Below are positions 39,521 to 52,247 of a stretch of DNA of 64,000 nucleotides, piece by piece; the stretch's first letter is position 1; every line of letters starts with the position of its first letter. The stretch is from Macrostomum lignano (lineage: Eukaryota). The position numbers and the translations under genes were made by a program. The notes below the pieces were generated by a model that had not been told where the DNA came from, made no database searches, and saw only the letters and a list, made by a program, of their open reading frames with translations. The stretch is from the NCBI GenBank assembly GCA_002269645.1, contig NIVC01000059.1, positions 930,001-994,000 on the forward strand. The letters run 5' to 3'.

Positions 39521-40859
39521 ATAACTACTGCCAGATTAGGCTGTGGTTCATTTTGCCCTGTGGCTGTATTTGAGTATTTAAGTACTGTAATGAAGCAGAC
39601 AGAATTTTCTTAGTTTTCTTAAAAATAAGCTACTGCAATTTAAACTGTCACAATTTTCAGACATCTACAGCTTTGAGTTTCAAAATATCCGCTTCCGTGC
39701 TACTGCAGGACTGCAAGCAGATTTTTTATTGTCATTCCGATACGACAGACCCGTTCTTTGCTGGTTGATAAACCGTTACAGTTCCGTCTCTGAATTGTAG
39801 TCTCAATTTAGCACACTGCGTGAGATACCAACACACTCATGGACAGGTCTTGGCATATCCTGGAATCGGACTTCATCACCGATTGTGATCAACTATGCTC
39901 AACAGCACTAAAGTGATTGATTCTAATTAGAGGGCGTCGCACCCAGGATGGACAACAGGGGGACATGCCCCCTCCCTGTAGTGTAAAGGCTATTAAACCA
40001 ATGCTTTGTCCCCCCCCCCCATTGTGAGCCGTTGTGGCTTCAGGGCGTTGGGTGGAAACTATAACAAGGCAAAGGAAATAAATTCCAGTTCAGGACAGGC
40101 AGGAGCTCTGGCTGCACTGATTAGGCACTTACGCACCTAATAATAATAAAAAAACAAAAACAAAAAATAATAATTCTGCCCATTCCGCCGACTCCATGAG
40201 CACATACAACACTGTACACAGGCACGCACTCATACACACGCTCTCACAGCGGCCCTTTGACTTTCTAATTGTCAGGCATGTAATGTTCACTCTGATCACT
40301 CAACCAGGAGTTGGGGCGAGAGTCCGACGCGTTTTACTGCTGAGCTGCTCTCTAACTCTCTACTCAACACCCCTACTCTACCGTACAGTAGCTACTGCAG
40401 ATGAGCGGCGTAAAATCGCGCGTATTTGAAAAACAAAAACAATATTTTTGCGTCGCACTGCGAATCACAATAATTGAGTTCAGGCGGAACTGTGTGCTGC
40501 TCAAGCAGACTGACTGCAACCGTTTCTGTACCAGCCATGCCAATGGCAATAACAACAACAATAACAATAAAAAACGGCCATTGCAGCGCACGGAAGCAAA
40601 AAAATGACTCTGAAAATCAAGGACCTCTAAAAATTGCAGCGCTGGACTGAAAGCCAGAACTTAGAAAAGGCTTCAAATTTTGACGCTTTTAATGCAGGGC
40701 AAACGCGTTTGTGCGTTTGCACAAATCTTAATTCTTAAATTGTGCTGTGCCTCTTGGGGTGAATATCTGAGATGTCAAGGCTAAGGTCTGAAGCTAAACG
40801 TAGTTTATTCAAATATTTGTATTGAAATTTGAAATTTGAAAAGGGCTATTGCACTAGCT

Positions 40860-41115
40860 TAGAATAGTGATTATTGCACTAGCTTGCTGAGTGGGGGAAG
40901 GTACTTGCTATCAGGGGGATGCTTGCTCTGGAGAATTGCTGAGATGTCAAGGCTTAAAGGGAATTCCTGAGATGTGAAGGCTTGCTGGGGGGTATTGCTG
41001 AGATGTCAAGTCTTGGGGGGAATAGCTGAGATATAAAGGCTGAGATCAGAACTTTATTTAATAATTTTTATTACATTCTTTGTTAGCTCCCCAACGAGGG
41101 GGCTTAGATTGCTAA
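40860..41115 (+). mobile_element. Helitron-like non-autonomous element, 3' part
   Basis: Internal GCTGAGATGTCAAGGCTT repeats, then CTCCCCAACGAGGGGGCTTAGATTGCTAA|T (hairpin + CTRR). Reverse-complement match to 61581-62440. Confidence 0.6.
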
Positions 41116-42329
41116 TCTTAATTCTAAAAAAATTTCAGCAACAAGGGTTAGAGGCTCATTCACACTGCAATCAAATGAAAGACCAAATCACACGACTCGT
41201 TTGATCACACAGAATTTCTAACTTTTTCTGTGATCACTTGAAATCTCAGCTAACTTAGAAAATTTAAAATTCAGCGACAAAATTAATAACGCGAGGGCCA
41301 GTTGATCAACTAAAACGCTGTACATTGGTCGCTTGCCTCTTACACAGCACCCCAAGTTGCGCAACACACAAACTTCAACTGAAGCCACTCTATTTCAACA
41401 ACTCTCCGTCTATAGTCTGACTGTCGTTTTAAAATTGATTGGTCATCACACCAGTCAGGTTATTAACTATTTTATTATTTTTCATCACATCAGCCAGGGG
41501 TCGGCAAACTCCTGCCGCAGGCCACAAATGCCTCTTCATCCGGCCCTCGCAGTGATTTGAAACTGCATGCACAATAGCGATCCGCCCGCTCGTTGTTTGT
41601 CTCTTCTCAGCGCTCTTCTCTCTTCTCTCCCCTCTTCTTCTCTCCTCTCTCTTTCCTACTCTCCCTCTCTCTTCTCTTTTTTTACTCTCCTAGTTAAATT
41701 AATCTCTCCTCTCCTCTCTCCTCATTGCTCCTTTATTCCCTCGCTTCTCCCTTTTTATTCACTCTCATCTCCTCCTTCCTCCGGACCGCAGTCATGCTCT
41801 AGGCTCTCTATCGAAATACCAGGAAAAGGACAATCGGAAAAGTGTAGGTGCTAGGTATTTTGTTAGCTCGCGCCAGTTATATCATAAAGAGCGCTGGCCT
41901 TTGTACTCTGATACAGACTGTACACTGGTATTGAATCCAAAGCACAAAATAGTTTTCTCAAACGTGCTGAAAATATTTACGATTTTGGGCTCAGCTGGAG
42001 ATATGTGCACACAGTATTGCTAGCGCAACAAATTGCAATACTTGCGTCACCCTCCTCTAAACCCCAGCCCACTCAATCTCCTCAGTATCAGTCAGTTGAT
42101 TGCAGTGTGAACGCTTGCGATCACTCGTAAAAGTCAATTGATGGCGATGTCAAAGATTCGTTAATCATCAACCTGAAATATTGTGTGATCACTCCAAAAC
42201 TGGCCAACCCCAATGCAAGGCAGAGAGTGCACACGCCTGACGATATAGAAAGTCAGGGCTGCTGTACACGCTTGTACACAGCTTGCATGTGCTCAGGAGC
42301 CAGCGGAATGGGCAGAATTGCCTCAGTGC

Positions 42330-42640
42330 TGTTGTGGGACCATGTCGCCGAAGGCTTTGCGCCAGGGGTGCCCAAAAGTCCGTTTAGCTTTGTCCTTTCA
42401 TCCACGAAATGGATGTTCAAATATTTTTTAGGTGGCTGGGCAGTTCGGACACTTGCCGGGCAGCCCAAATGCCGCCACACACAGCCTCAATTACCCCAGC
42501 TAATGCTGGCACCCATTTTTACAGCTGGGTGAACTGAAGCAATGCAGAGTTGTCTTGCTCAAGGCACAAATTGTTCCGAGTGGGTCGAGAATCGAACCCC
42601 CGACCTTTCAGTCGTGAGTCCGACGCTACCACCCCTAGTA
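42330..42640 (-). mobile_element. tRNA-derived CORE-type SINE
   Basis: B box GGGGTTCGATTCTC on the minus strand at ~42588-42601. CCCATTTTTACAGCTGGGTGAACTGAAGCAATGCAGAGTTGTCTTGCTCAAGGCACA resembles the MIR CORE reverse complement CCCATTTTACAGATGAGGAAACTGAGGCAC...GTGACTTGCCCAAGGTCACA. Confidence 0.65.
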
Positions 42641-43074
42641 ATAGACGTGATAGTGTACAAAAATAAAATAATGGACACTTCTTATAGGCGTCAAGCTGGC
42701 TTCCATTCCAGCGGCGCAGTTGGCAGAAGTCCCTGGCGCAACTTACAAAAAACCAGAAAGAGCCCCCAGACCCAATACTTCTCTGTTTTCGCGTAAAAAA
42801 CAGGACGACAAAAGCGGAAAGCTCAGGTCAGACTTCCCATCTAAGCATAGTTGTACTGTTGGAGATTTATGACTCACTGCTCACTGGTTCGGATACACTC
42901 GTTTGTTTTCAACCCCGCCCTGCCCCATTATTTTCTGATTGCGAATGCAGTCAACCGCAAATTAAAAAATTTAAGTTCAGTTGGACTTAAAGTCTGACAA
43001 CACAGTTATTGTATCTCAGCTCCAGCGCCAAACAAACAAACTGGCTTACCTCGGGTCGGGTCAGATCAGCATAC

Positions 43075-44120
43075 TCGAATTCCCCTCAAATCCCAAATAC
43101 TAGAATTCCCCTCAGATCCCAACTCGAATTCCCCTGAGATCCCAAGTACCTGAATTCCCCTGAGATCTCAAGTACCCGAATTCCCCTCAAATCCCAAATA
43201 CTAGAATTCCCCTCAGATCCCAACTCGAATTCCCCTGAGATCCCAAGTACCTGAATTCCCCTGAGATCTCAAGTACCCGAATTCCCCTCAGATCCCAAAT
43301 ACTAGAATTCCCATCAGAGCGCAAATACCAGAATTCCCCTGAGATCCCAACTACCAGAATTCCCCTGAGATCCCAACTACCAGAATTCCCCTGAGATCCT
43401 AAATACCAGAATTCCCCTCAGATCTCAAATACTCAAATTCCCCTGAGATCCCAACTACCCGAATTCCCCTCAGATCCTAAATACCAGAATTCCCCTGAGA
43501 TCCCAACTACCAGAATTCCCCTGAGATCCCAACTACCAGAATTCCCCTGAGATCCTAAATACCCGAATTCCCCTCAGATCCTAAATACCAGAATTCCCCT
43601 GAGATCCAAATACCAAAATTCCCCTCAGATCCCACATACCAGAATTCCCATCAGAGCCCAAATACCAGAATTCCCCTGAGATCCCAACTACCAGAATTCC
43701 CCTTAGATCCCAACTACCCGAATTCCCCTCAGATCCTAAATACCAGAATTCCCCTGAGATCCCAAATACCAGAATTCCCATCAGAGCCCAAATACCAGAA
43801 TTCCCCTGAGATGCCAACTACCAGAATTCCCCTTAGATCTCAAATACCAGAATTCCCCTCAGATCCCAAATACTGAAATTCCCTTCAGATCCCAAATAAC
43901 AGAATTCCCCTCAGAGCCCAAAAACCCAAATTCCCCCAGATCCCAAATACCAGAATACGCCTCAGATCCCACATACCCGAATTCCCCTCAGATCCCAAAT
44001 ACCAGAATTCCCCTCAGATCTCAAATACCAAAATTCCCCTCAGATCTCAACAACCAAAATTCCCCTCAGATCTCAACAACCAAAATTCCCCTCAGATCCC
44101 ACATACCAGAATTCGCCCGA
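43075..44120. repeat. Minisatellite, ~25-26 bp unit CCAGAATTCCCCTGAGATCCCAAATA
   Basis: Directly visible. Confidence 0.95.
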
Positions 44121-44689
44121 GATCCTACAGAAAGTGCATGTGGTGCCAATGAGTACTAACAACACCAATTCCGAAAGTAGTAGAGGAATTTTAGGTTTTG
44201 GATTCTCGATTTCGTTCCTCCATCACCATGCATCCATAAAAAATGAATGTTGCTCCCCTGTGTACGGCTGTTGTGCCCAATACTTGCAATATGAGGCACA
44301 AACGGAAATATTCCGTTTTCCGTTTCACACAGGAAAGTTTCCCTAGTATAGGAGTCCTTGTCCTTGCACTTTACTCGTATACTGCTCTTGTCGTTGAGTT
44401 GGACTGGCGCCAGGCTTCAACCCCAGGCCTCTGCTCCCAGACACATTGCCCTCAAAAAACTTTGTAGAAGGGTGTAAGGTTTCCCGTTCCCATCACCTTT
44501 TCCAACAAACAAAGACTCGTGTTTCAGTACGGAAAGATACATATTATATAAGCCTGACGGGTTTTCCGGTTTTCTTATCTATAATTTCGTACCATCTGCA
44601 GACTGTTGCGAAGGGGAATTGCGGACACGCGGTAGGAGGGAGAGACACTTAAGGAGCGTTTATAAGACAGACAAGGAAGAAAACCAACA

Positions 44690-44724
44690 GACACACACAA
44701 ACAGACAGAGGCTGACAGTCAGTC

Positions 44725-44763
<39 letters not shown>

Positions 44764-44764
44764 A

Positions 44765-44795
<31 letters not shown>

Positions 44796-45000
44796 TAGAC
44801 ACAGGCCGACAGACAGTAAGACACTACAAAAACAGAAAGACACAGGCTGACAGACAGACAGACAGGCACAGGCCGACAGACAGTAAGACACTAGAAAAAC
44901 AGACAGACACCAGAAAGACAAACAGACAGACAGACAGACACAGGCAAACGGACAGGCACAGGCTGACAGACAGACAGACACAGGCAAACGGACAGGCACA
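44690..45000. repeat. Degenerate (GACA)n microsatellite
   Basis: Directly visible. Confidence 0.85.
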
Positions 45001-45422
45001 GGAGATGAAAGGGCAGTTCAACACAGAAGAGCATTAATTGAATACAAAACCACATTGCGGAATATGAATTTAGCCTATACTTTTCCGTTTTTAGTTCAAA
45101 GTTCAATCTAGGTTCAATTGAAGCAGTTTAGAGGCTATAGAGCACCAGAGTACCTGAACATGGCAACCCCAGAGGCTAATTAAATGCTTTGTTCTGCACA
45201 AAGAACAGAATGGCAGGCCAGGCCGGCGTGCAAGGCGTTTAGTGTCCATGCTTCAGGCCGTGGGGTTCTATTATGCACGGACTGAGTGATCAAAGAGGCG
45301 CCGCCGCGGCCACCAACAGCCTTTGTTTCTCATACGGTATAAGAAAATTTCTCGAAGGGGATTTAATTGTAATGTTTCCCGGAAAAAGGCTTTATATCGT
45401 AAATTTATCTATACAGAACAGG

Positions 45423-45790
45423 TAAGATGCAGTTCCTAAAGAGGCGATTTTCTAAGATGCAGTTCCTAAAGAGGCGATTTTCTAAGATGCAGTTCCTAAA
45501 GAGGCGATTTTCTAAGATGCAGTTCCTAAAGAGGCGATTTTCTAAGATGCAGTTCCTAAAGAGGCGATTTTCTAAGATGCAGTTCCTAAAGAGGCGATTT
45601 TCTAAGATGCAGTTCCTAAAGAGGCGATTTTCTAAGATGCAGTTCCTAAAGAGGCGATTTTCTAAGATGCAGTTCCTAAAGAGGCGATTTTCTAAGACGC
45701 AGTTCCTAAAGAGGCGATTTTCTAAGATGCAGTTCCTAAAGAGGCGATTTTCTAAGATGCAGTTCCTAAAGAGGCGATTTTCTAAGATGG
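45423..45790. repeat. 30 bp tandem TAAGATGCAGTTCCTAAAGAGGCGATTTTC x12
   Basis: Copies are identical apart from one substitution; source of the MQFLKRRFSK ORF. Confidence 0.97.
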
Positions 45791-46759
45791 GATAAAAAGT
45801 TTCTTAAAATGATAAGAGCTGTTTTGTCATAGAAGATTATCTTTGCTAAAAAGAAACAGATTGAGCACATTGAATTAAACGTATGAAAGCACCAAAATAA
45901 CAACAAGAAATAACAGAAAATTAATATTACGTCGATGGTAAGCTTGCCAGATAAAAACTGATAGCAACTGCATATTTATTTTGAATCGAATTATTGACTT
46001 GGATATTGAAGCATTGATTAATATGATATTTATTGTTAGTTAATAATATAATAATAGCAGGATAATAATGGTAGTAACAGGTTAAGACTAGCTTTTTAAT
46101 TAAGTACTTGAAACAATTAAAAAAAGCAGACATACGAGTGTTTTTTTTAATTAGTTTTTTCTCCGAATATATAATAACACACAAAAGCTAGTTAGTCTAC
46201 TGAGAAAAGATTGACCAGTAGTAGAGATACAATATAAAGGTTTTTTGCATAGGGGATATTTGCACAAAAATTAGATAAACTGACAGATTGAATAAATTAA
46301 AAACCTTTTAAAAAGCTGATTTCACGCGGATTGCACCCAGTTAACCGAGAGAGACAACGATAAAAAAGTTTAACGATCTGTAATCAATATAATGAACTGA
46401 TTAAAAAATTGAGATAAAAACTCTTTTTGAAAATAATAAACATATTCTAACACAGCAAAGTTCGACATTTAAGTTAAACATTGGACAAGTCTGAATCGCT
46501 GTCTCCAATAAAACTCAATTCTGATCTCCAGTGCCGGGCCTTGTCTGCAAATTTTGCAAGAATAAAATGAGTCGCCAAAATTAAAATTTATGTCCAATTT
46601 CGGTCGTGACTCACTGCCTACTCCCTGTCTACCCCCATTCCCTGTATATCCACATTGATCCCCTATCAACCCCCATTGACTCCCCCTACAACACCTAGCC
46701 TACTATCCCATCGACTTCCGTGTCTACTAGTATTATCCCCATCGAACTCGAACTCCTGA

Positions 46760-47722
46760 CCATCACAATGACCTCAACTGACCATCACAATGACCTCAAC
46801 TGACCATTACCATCACTGACCGTCACTGACCATCAATGACCGTCACTGACCGTCACTGACCATCACTGACCTCAACTGACCATCACTGACCTCAACTGAC
46901 CATCACAATGACCTCAACTGACCATCACAATGACCTCAACTGACCATTACCATCACTGACCTCAACTGACCATCAATGACCGTCACTGACCGTCACTGAC
47001 CATCACTGACCTCAACTGACCATCACTGACCTCAACTGACCTCAACTGACCATCACTGACCTCAACTGAGCATCACTGACCATCACTAACCTCAACTGAC
47101 CATCACTGACCATCACTGACCTCAACTGACCATCACTGACCATCACTGACCTCAACTGACCATCACTGACCTCAACTGACCATCACTGACCTCAACTGAC
47201 CATCACTGACCTCAACTGAGCATCACTGACCATCACTAACCTCAACTGACCATCACTGACCATCACTGACCTCAACTGAGCATCACTGACCATCACTAAC
47301 CTCAACTGACCATCACTGACCTCAACTGACCATCACTGACCTCAACTGACCATCACTGACCATCACTAACCTCAACTGACCATCACTGACCTCAACTGAC
47401 CATCACTGACCTCAACTGACCATCACTGACCTCAACTGAGCATCACTGACCATCACTAACCTCAACTGACCATCACTGACCATCACTGACCTCAACTGAG
47501 CATCACTGACCATCACTAACCTCAACTGACCATCACTGACCATCACTGACCTCAACTGAGCATCACTGACCATCACTAACCTCAACTGACCATCACTGAC
47601 CTCAACTGACCATCACTGACCATCACTGACCATCACTGACCATCACTGACCTCAACTGAGCATCACTGACCATCACTAACCTCAACTGACCATCACTGAT
47701 CTCAACTGACCATCACTGACCA
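46760..47722. repeat. 10 bp satellite ACTGACCATC / ACTGACCTCA
   Basis: Directly visible. Confidence 0.97.
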
Positions 47723-47801
47723 TCAATAAACATCATATTTCTCCAATAAATGACTCACATGTGGCGCAGAAACCCTCAAACTCGACGCGTGCTGAAGCTG
47801 C

Positions 47802-48164
47802 TCAAACTCTGGAAAATTTGCCCAATTTGTGATTGCAATTAGGGCAGGTATGAACAACATCTTTGCAGCTATCCAAGCAGAACGGTATCAGACAGCAGCC
47901 AAGATCGCAGCCAATCAGGCAGATGCCAACGCAAGCCAAATAGGTCAGCAGACCGTCTTGAAACCTGATGCAAGTAATGATCTGCTGGTTGCAGAACTGG
48001 CAGACTGTGTTCACCGGTACGTCTCTAAAGTTTTGATTTGTCATCACCACGACAGTGGTTGGCTGGGCAGTCACCACGGGCGCGTAGCCGCCTCCGGGTG
48101 CATAAGACGTAGGCGGATACCCTGGCTGCGCTTGGTAACCGCTCGAGACAGGGTACTGCTGACC
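47802..48164 (-). CDS. LITAF: LITAF/CDIP1-family gene, last exon (LITAF domain)
   Basis: ATTCAG| acceptor (phase 0); PVNTVCQFC...GLLTYLACVGICLIGCDLGCCLIPFCLDSCKDVVHTCPNCNHKLG has both CxxC knuckles and the hydrophobic insert. Confidence 0.95.
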   Translation of the reverse strand, partial: GQQYPVSSGYQAQPGYPPTSYAPGGGYAPVVTAQPTTVVVMTNQNFRDVPVNTVCQFCNQQIITCIRFQDGLLTYLACVGICLIGCDLGCCLIPFCLDSCKDVVHTCPNCNHKLGKFSRV

Positions 48165-48254
48165 CTGAATAGAGAGAGTACGGGGATTTGTGCTTATGCT
48201 TAACTAGATAGTTAGCTAGACATCAATCAGTCACTGGCTATTTAAAAATAATCA

Positions 48255-48787
48255 GTCATGCAATGAGCCAATGAGTGAGCGAGTCTGTCAGTCAGTGAGT
48301 CAGTGAGTGAGCGAGTCTGTCAGTCAGTGAGTCAGTGAGTGAGCGAGTCTGTCAGTCAGTGAGTCAGTGAGTGAGCGAGTCTGTCAGTCAGTTAGTCAGT
48401 GAGTAAGTCGGTGAGTCAGTGAGTCAATGAGTGAGGCGGTGAGTCAGTGAGTCAATGAGTGAGTCAGTCAGTCAGTCAGTGAGTCAGTGAGTAGTCAGTC
48501 AGTGAGTCAGTGAGTAGTCAGTCAGTGAGTCAGTGAGTAGTTAGTGAGTCAGTGAGTGAGTGAGTGAGTGAGTAGTCAGTGAGTAGTCAGTGAGTCAGTG
48601 AGTAGTTAGTGAGTCAGCGAGTCAGTGAGTGAGTCAGTGAGTGAGCGAGTCAGTGAGTGAGTCAGTGAGTCAGTGAGTAGTTAGTGAGTCAATGAGTCAG
48701 TGAGTCAGTGAGTAGTTAGTGAGTCAGTGAGTAGTTAGTGAGTCAATGAGTCAGTGAGTGAGTCAGCGAGTGAGTCAGTGAGTCAGC
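48255..48787. repeat. Intronic (GAGT/CAGT)n microsatellite
   Basis: Directly visible. Confidence 0.93.
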
Positions 48788-48828
48788 CATACTCATTTAT
48801 CCGCTGATCCCTGAACACGCACGCTTAC

Positions 48829-48984
48829 CTGAGGTGGATACGACCCGCCCTGAGGTGGATACGACCCGCCCTGAGGTGGATACGACCCGCCCTGCGGTGG
48901 ATACGGCATAGCCTGCCCTGGCGGGCCCTGCTTCTCACTATCACCAGCAGAAGCTGTGTAAGGCGGCGGCGGCGGCTCAGACAT
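48829..48984 (-). CDS. LITAF: LITAF-family gene, first coding exon (PPPY, proline-rich)
   Basis: MSEPPPPPY...(YPPQGGS)x3, CAG|GTAAGC donor, phase 0. Confidence 0.9.
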
Positions 48985-49489
48985 ATTGATTAGTAAGAAA
49001 TTTTTCACATGCATTTAAATAAGTTAAACAATTATATTCTAGTACTATGCCAATAATGATAAACCTTATTTAGTTTATAGCAATATATGCATATATAACA
49101 TATAAATTCTAAAGTTTAGTCTATTTTGTATCTTCGACATTATTTCCTAAAATGAAATAACAGAACAAACCAATTTTGCAGGACTTTTTAAACTTAACTT
49201 AAAATGGTAGTTACTATGCTGTATGCGGCATATTTGATGCCGAAATGACTGCCAATTGGGCTGTATCCGAGAGTGTAATAGCAAAACTGGAGATCTATTG
49301 ATAAATATACATGCAAAGCACATACAGTTGTACATGCCTGTCCTCTGTGCATACACCAAACATATGGTTGAGAGCGTGTGTACAAGTTTGTAATAGCTGC
49401 GCTATGTGAAACTATTGTATATAGTATTAAGCTAAACTATTTGCGTCAGGGTGACTGGCTTGGTGTCCTAGTCTTTTTCCATTGCTTCA

Positions 49490-49666
49490 GGTGGGTTGCT
49501 TTCACAAGCTCGAAATTTCACAACCTCGAAAACCATTTTAGCAGGCGACTTCACAAGCTGCTAAAATAGTTTTCGAGGTTGTGAAATTTCGAGCTTGTGA
49601 AGTTTCGGGTTTGTGAAAGGAAGTGCTTTTCGAGGTTGTGAAATTTCGAGCTTGTGAAGCGACCCC
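49490..49666. mobile_element. Small foldback/MITE-like element
   Basis: Arms of 44 bp (49501-49544 and 49558-49601) are inverted, a second right arm lies at 49627-49665, and TTCAG flanks both sides. Confidence 0.6.
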
Positions 49667-50214
49667 CTTCAGGCAAAAGGAAACAAAATACCAATGGGCT
49701 AAAATTTATATCAAAGTATATAAATTTAGTTTAGATCAAAGTTTATATCAAATTTATATCAAACCTTTAATGCAAATTGGATAGATAAACAAAACATTCT
49801 GTTAAGTTTTAAACAAATTTTTAATCATTGTTGTATATGTATATGCTTACAAGTTACCATCAAACTTAAATACTTTATCGTATTCTGCCATTGTAGAGTC
49901 TGGCTCCGAATGAATTTAAGACAATTTTCGTGGGTGTGTGTGTGTGAGCCTCGCAAGCCAGCTCAATCTTATTTCATAGTTGCTTGCAGAGGCCCCATGC
50001 CTAGAGACTGTTTTAGCAGCTTGCAAAACGAAATAGGTGAGCAAGCGAGAAATAAGTTTTTTTACTTTATGCACTGAATATATATATATAAGCACGCGAT
50101 CACTTGGGGACTGAAGAGAGGTGCGCAAAAAGGTGCCATGATTGAAGGCCACCCCCCCCCCCACTTAGCAACTCGGATACGGTTGTCGGTCTTGGGCTTC
50201 TTGGGGCTCTTCCA

Positions 50215-50395
50215 GACCCCCCTCGCTGCTAATAAGCGAGCCCAGGTACTCCACCTTGCTCTCGAAGAACCCGCACTTCTCTAGCTTGAGTCGGAGTCCA
50301 GCTTTGTGCAAACGGTTCAGAACATCCCGCAGATTACTCAGGTGGTCCTCCGTGTGCTTCCCTGCCACCAAGATGTCGTCAATCAAGTTGAACTG
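50215..50395 (-). pseudogene. Ty3/Gypsy reverse transcriptase fragment
   Basis: LIDDILVAGKHTEDHLSNLRDVLNRLHKAGLRLKLEKCGFFESKVEYLGSLIS (YxDD region). Confidence 0.9.
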
Positions 50396-51567
50396 GCGCC
50401 CTGCAGCACAGACTCCATGATCTGCTGGCATAGCGCGGGTGCCGAGCTGACTTAAACAGTCCTTTGTGGTTTAATAGTTTAATCACTAAATTCCAAGGTG
50501 CCAAGGCATAGGACCAAGATTACCACACACCAAGATTGCCACATTTGGGGCTGGGGGAGCTAAGGGAGGAATTTAGCTCATTGTGTTATTGGATAGTGCT
50601 AAAGAAGAGATAAATAGATAGAAGAACCAGCAGGACAATGTTGCAAAAAAGGGTCCTATGAAAGGAATAGCAATGCTAGAAGATTAGTACCTCTCCCTCA
50701 ATAGTAGTAGCCAGTAATAGCTATGGCAGTCTTGGTGAGATGCATGAAAATTTAAATTTGGTGACAGAAATTTAACATGGACAAATTTGGCAAAAATTTA
50801 GGCAATTTGGCAGCAAGTCTTTTTTAAGTCTAATTTATCAATTGCAACCAAGGCTTCAGATACAAGCCATTTGCTATCAGACCAACTGGTCACTGGTCAG
50901 ATTGTCATATTCCATTTTGTCATATTGGATGATAAAGTGACCAAAAGCAAAGGAGCTTTGAAAAATAATCTGACAAAGTTACCAAACATTTAGTTATGTT
51001 GGATACTTTGTCATCAACCAATCAATCTGTGGGAGATTTGAGTTAGTGTAAACTATTTTTTGTTTTTATCAACTATAAGCTGCAGCAAGCAGAACCAATC
51101 AATTGACATTTTATCAATTGGGATAACAAAATGACTGGGATCATTAGGATTTCAAGTAAATATATTTAATTGCCACATTAATTCACTTTAAAGTTAAAAC
51201 TAATATGATTGGTAGATGATGAAATGACTCTCTTTAGGTAGTGCATACTAATTAAGATGACAAAGTGACCCTAGTTAAAGTGAGCATCCCAGACACCCTA
51301 GATGACGAAATGGCAATGATGAAATGACTAGGAACTGACCAACCTTTATCCCCTCTGTTAATAGTACAACAAGTACTTAAGTAGTTAGAAATATTGGTAG
51401 TAATATTACTAAGAAATAAAGAACTAGAAAGGAAGAATACAAAATAGATCTATCAATACTTTTATAGTACTAGAGGCTATGACCCTCTGATCTTAGAAAT
51501 GCTCAGGACTAGAGAAGAGAGACCATACATGCAGTACATATACCTATAGACTATAAACTGCTTGCTT

Positions 51568-52247
51568 GGTACCAACTAATCTGTGGAAACGGATGCGGAT
51601 ATGGAATGGATTTGCATACTAAAATGCAGATACAGATGTGGATTACTTTTTAATGAAATCAATGCAAATATAAATAGCAGATGCAGAAAATCTCCAGATT
51701 TAGTTCTATCAAAACATTGATTTATATTCTGATTTATATCTAGTTCTATTTAATTTTTAGATTAATTTTTCTTATTCAAATTTGTGAATCTAGACTTGAA
51801 CTATCTAGTTGAACTATTTAGAATTCAAACTTAAACTTTGGACACTTATGGTCTTTGGAAGTACATATGTTATGTATATATATATTTCTATTAGGGCCTA
51901 TTCTAGCAACAAAAATAACTTCAATTAATCAAATTTCTTATTTTCTACTATCAGTAGCATATCTCAGAGCAGCTTTACTTTTGAAAACAAGGAAAATGAT
52001 TTTCCATCATTATTTCATAATAAATTTAAATGAGAACAATTTATCCGAAAATAGGGCCTAAACAGAAACATAAATAAAGCAGAATATAAATCCATGTTAT
52101 AACAGAACTAAATCTAGAGATTTTCTGCATCTGCTATTTATACCTATTTGCATTGATTCCAGAAAATAGTAATCTGCATCCATATCCACATTTTAGTATA
52201 CGAATCCATTCCATATCCACATCCATTTCCACAATTTAGTTTGTACC
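51568..52247. mobile_element. ~680-bp MITE with long (~150 bp) TIRs, Mutator-like
   Basis: 51568-51710 is the inverted complement of 52105-52247. The 9-bp direct repeat TAAACTGCT lies at 51554-51562 and 52248-52256, with a 5-bp extra TGCTT on the left. Confidence 0.7.

Noticed and set aside
45427-45795. ORF (MQFLKRRFSK)x12 as a repeated peptide precursor
   Set aside because: A near-perfect 30-bp DNA tandem with no synonymous variation and no signal peptide or flanking exon.
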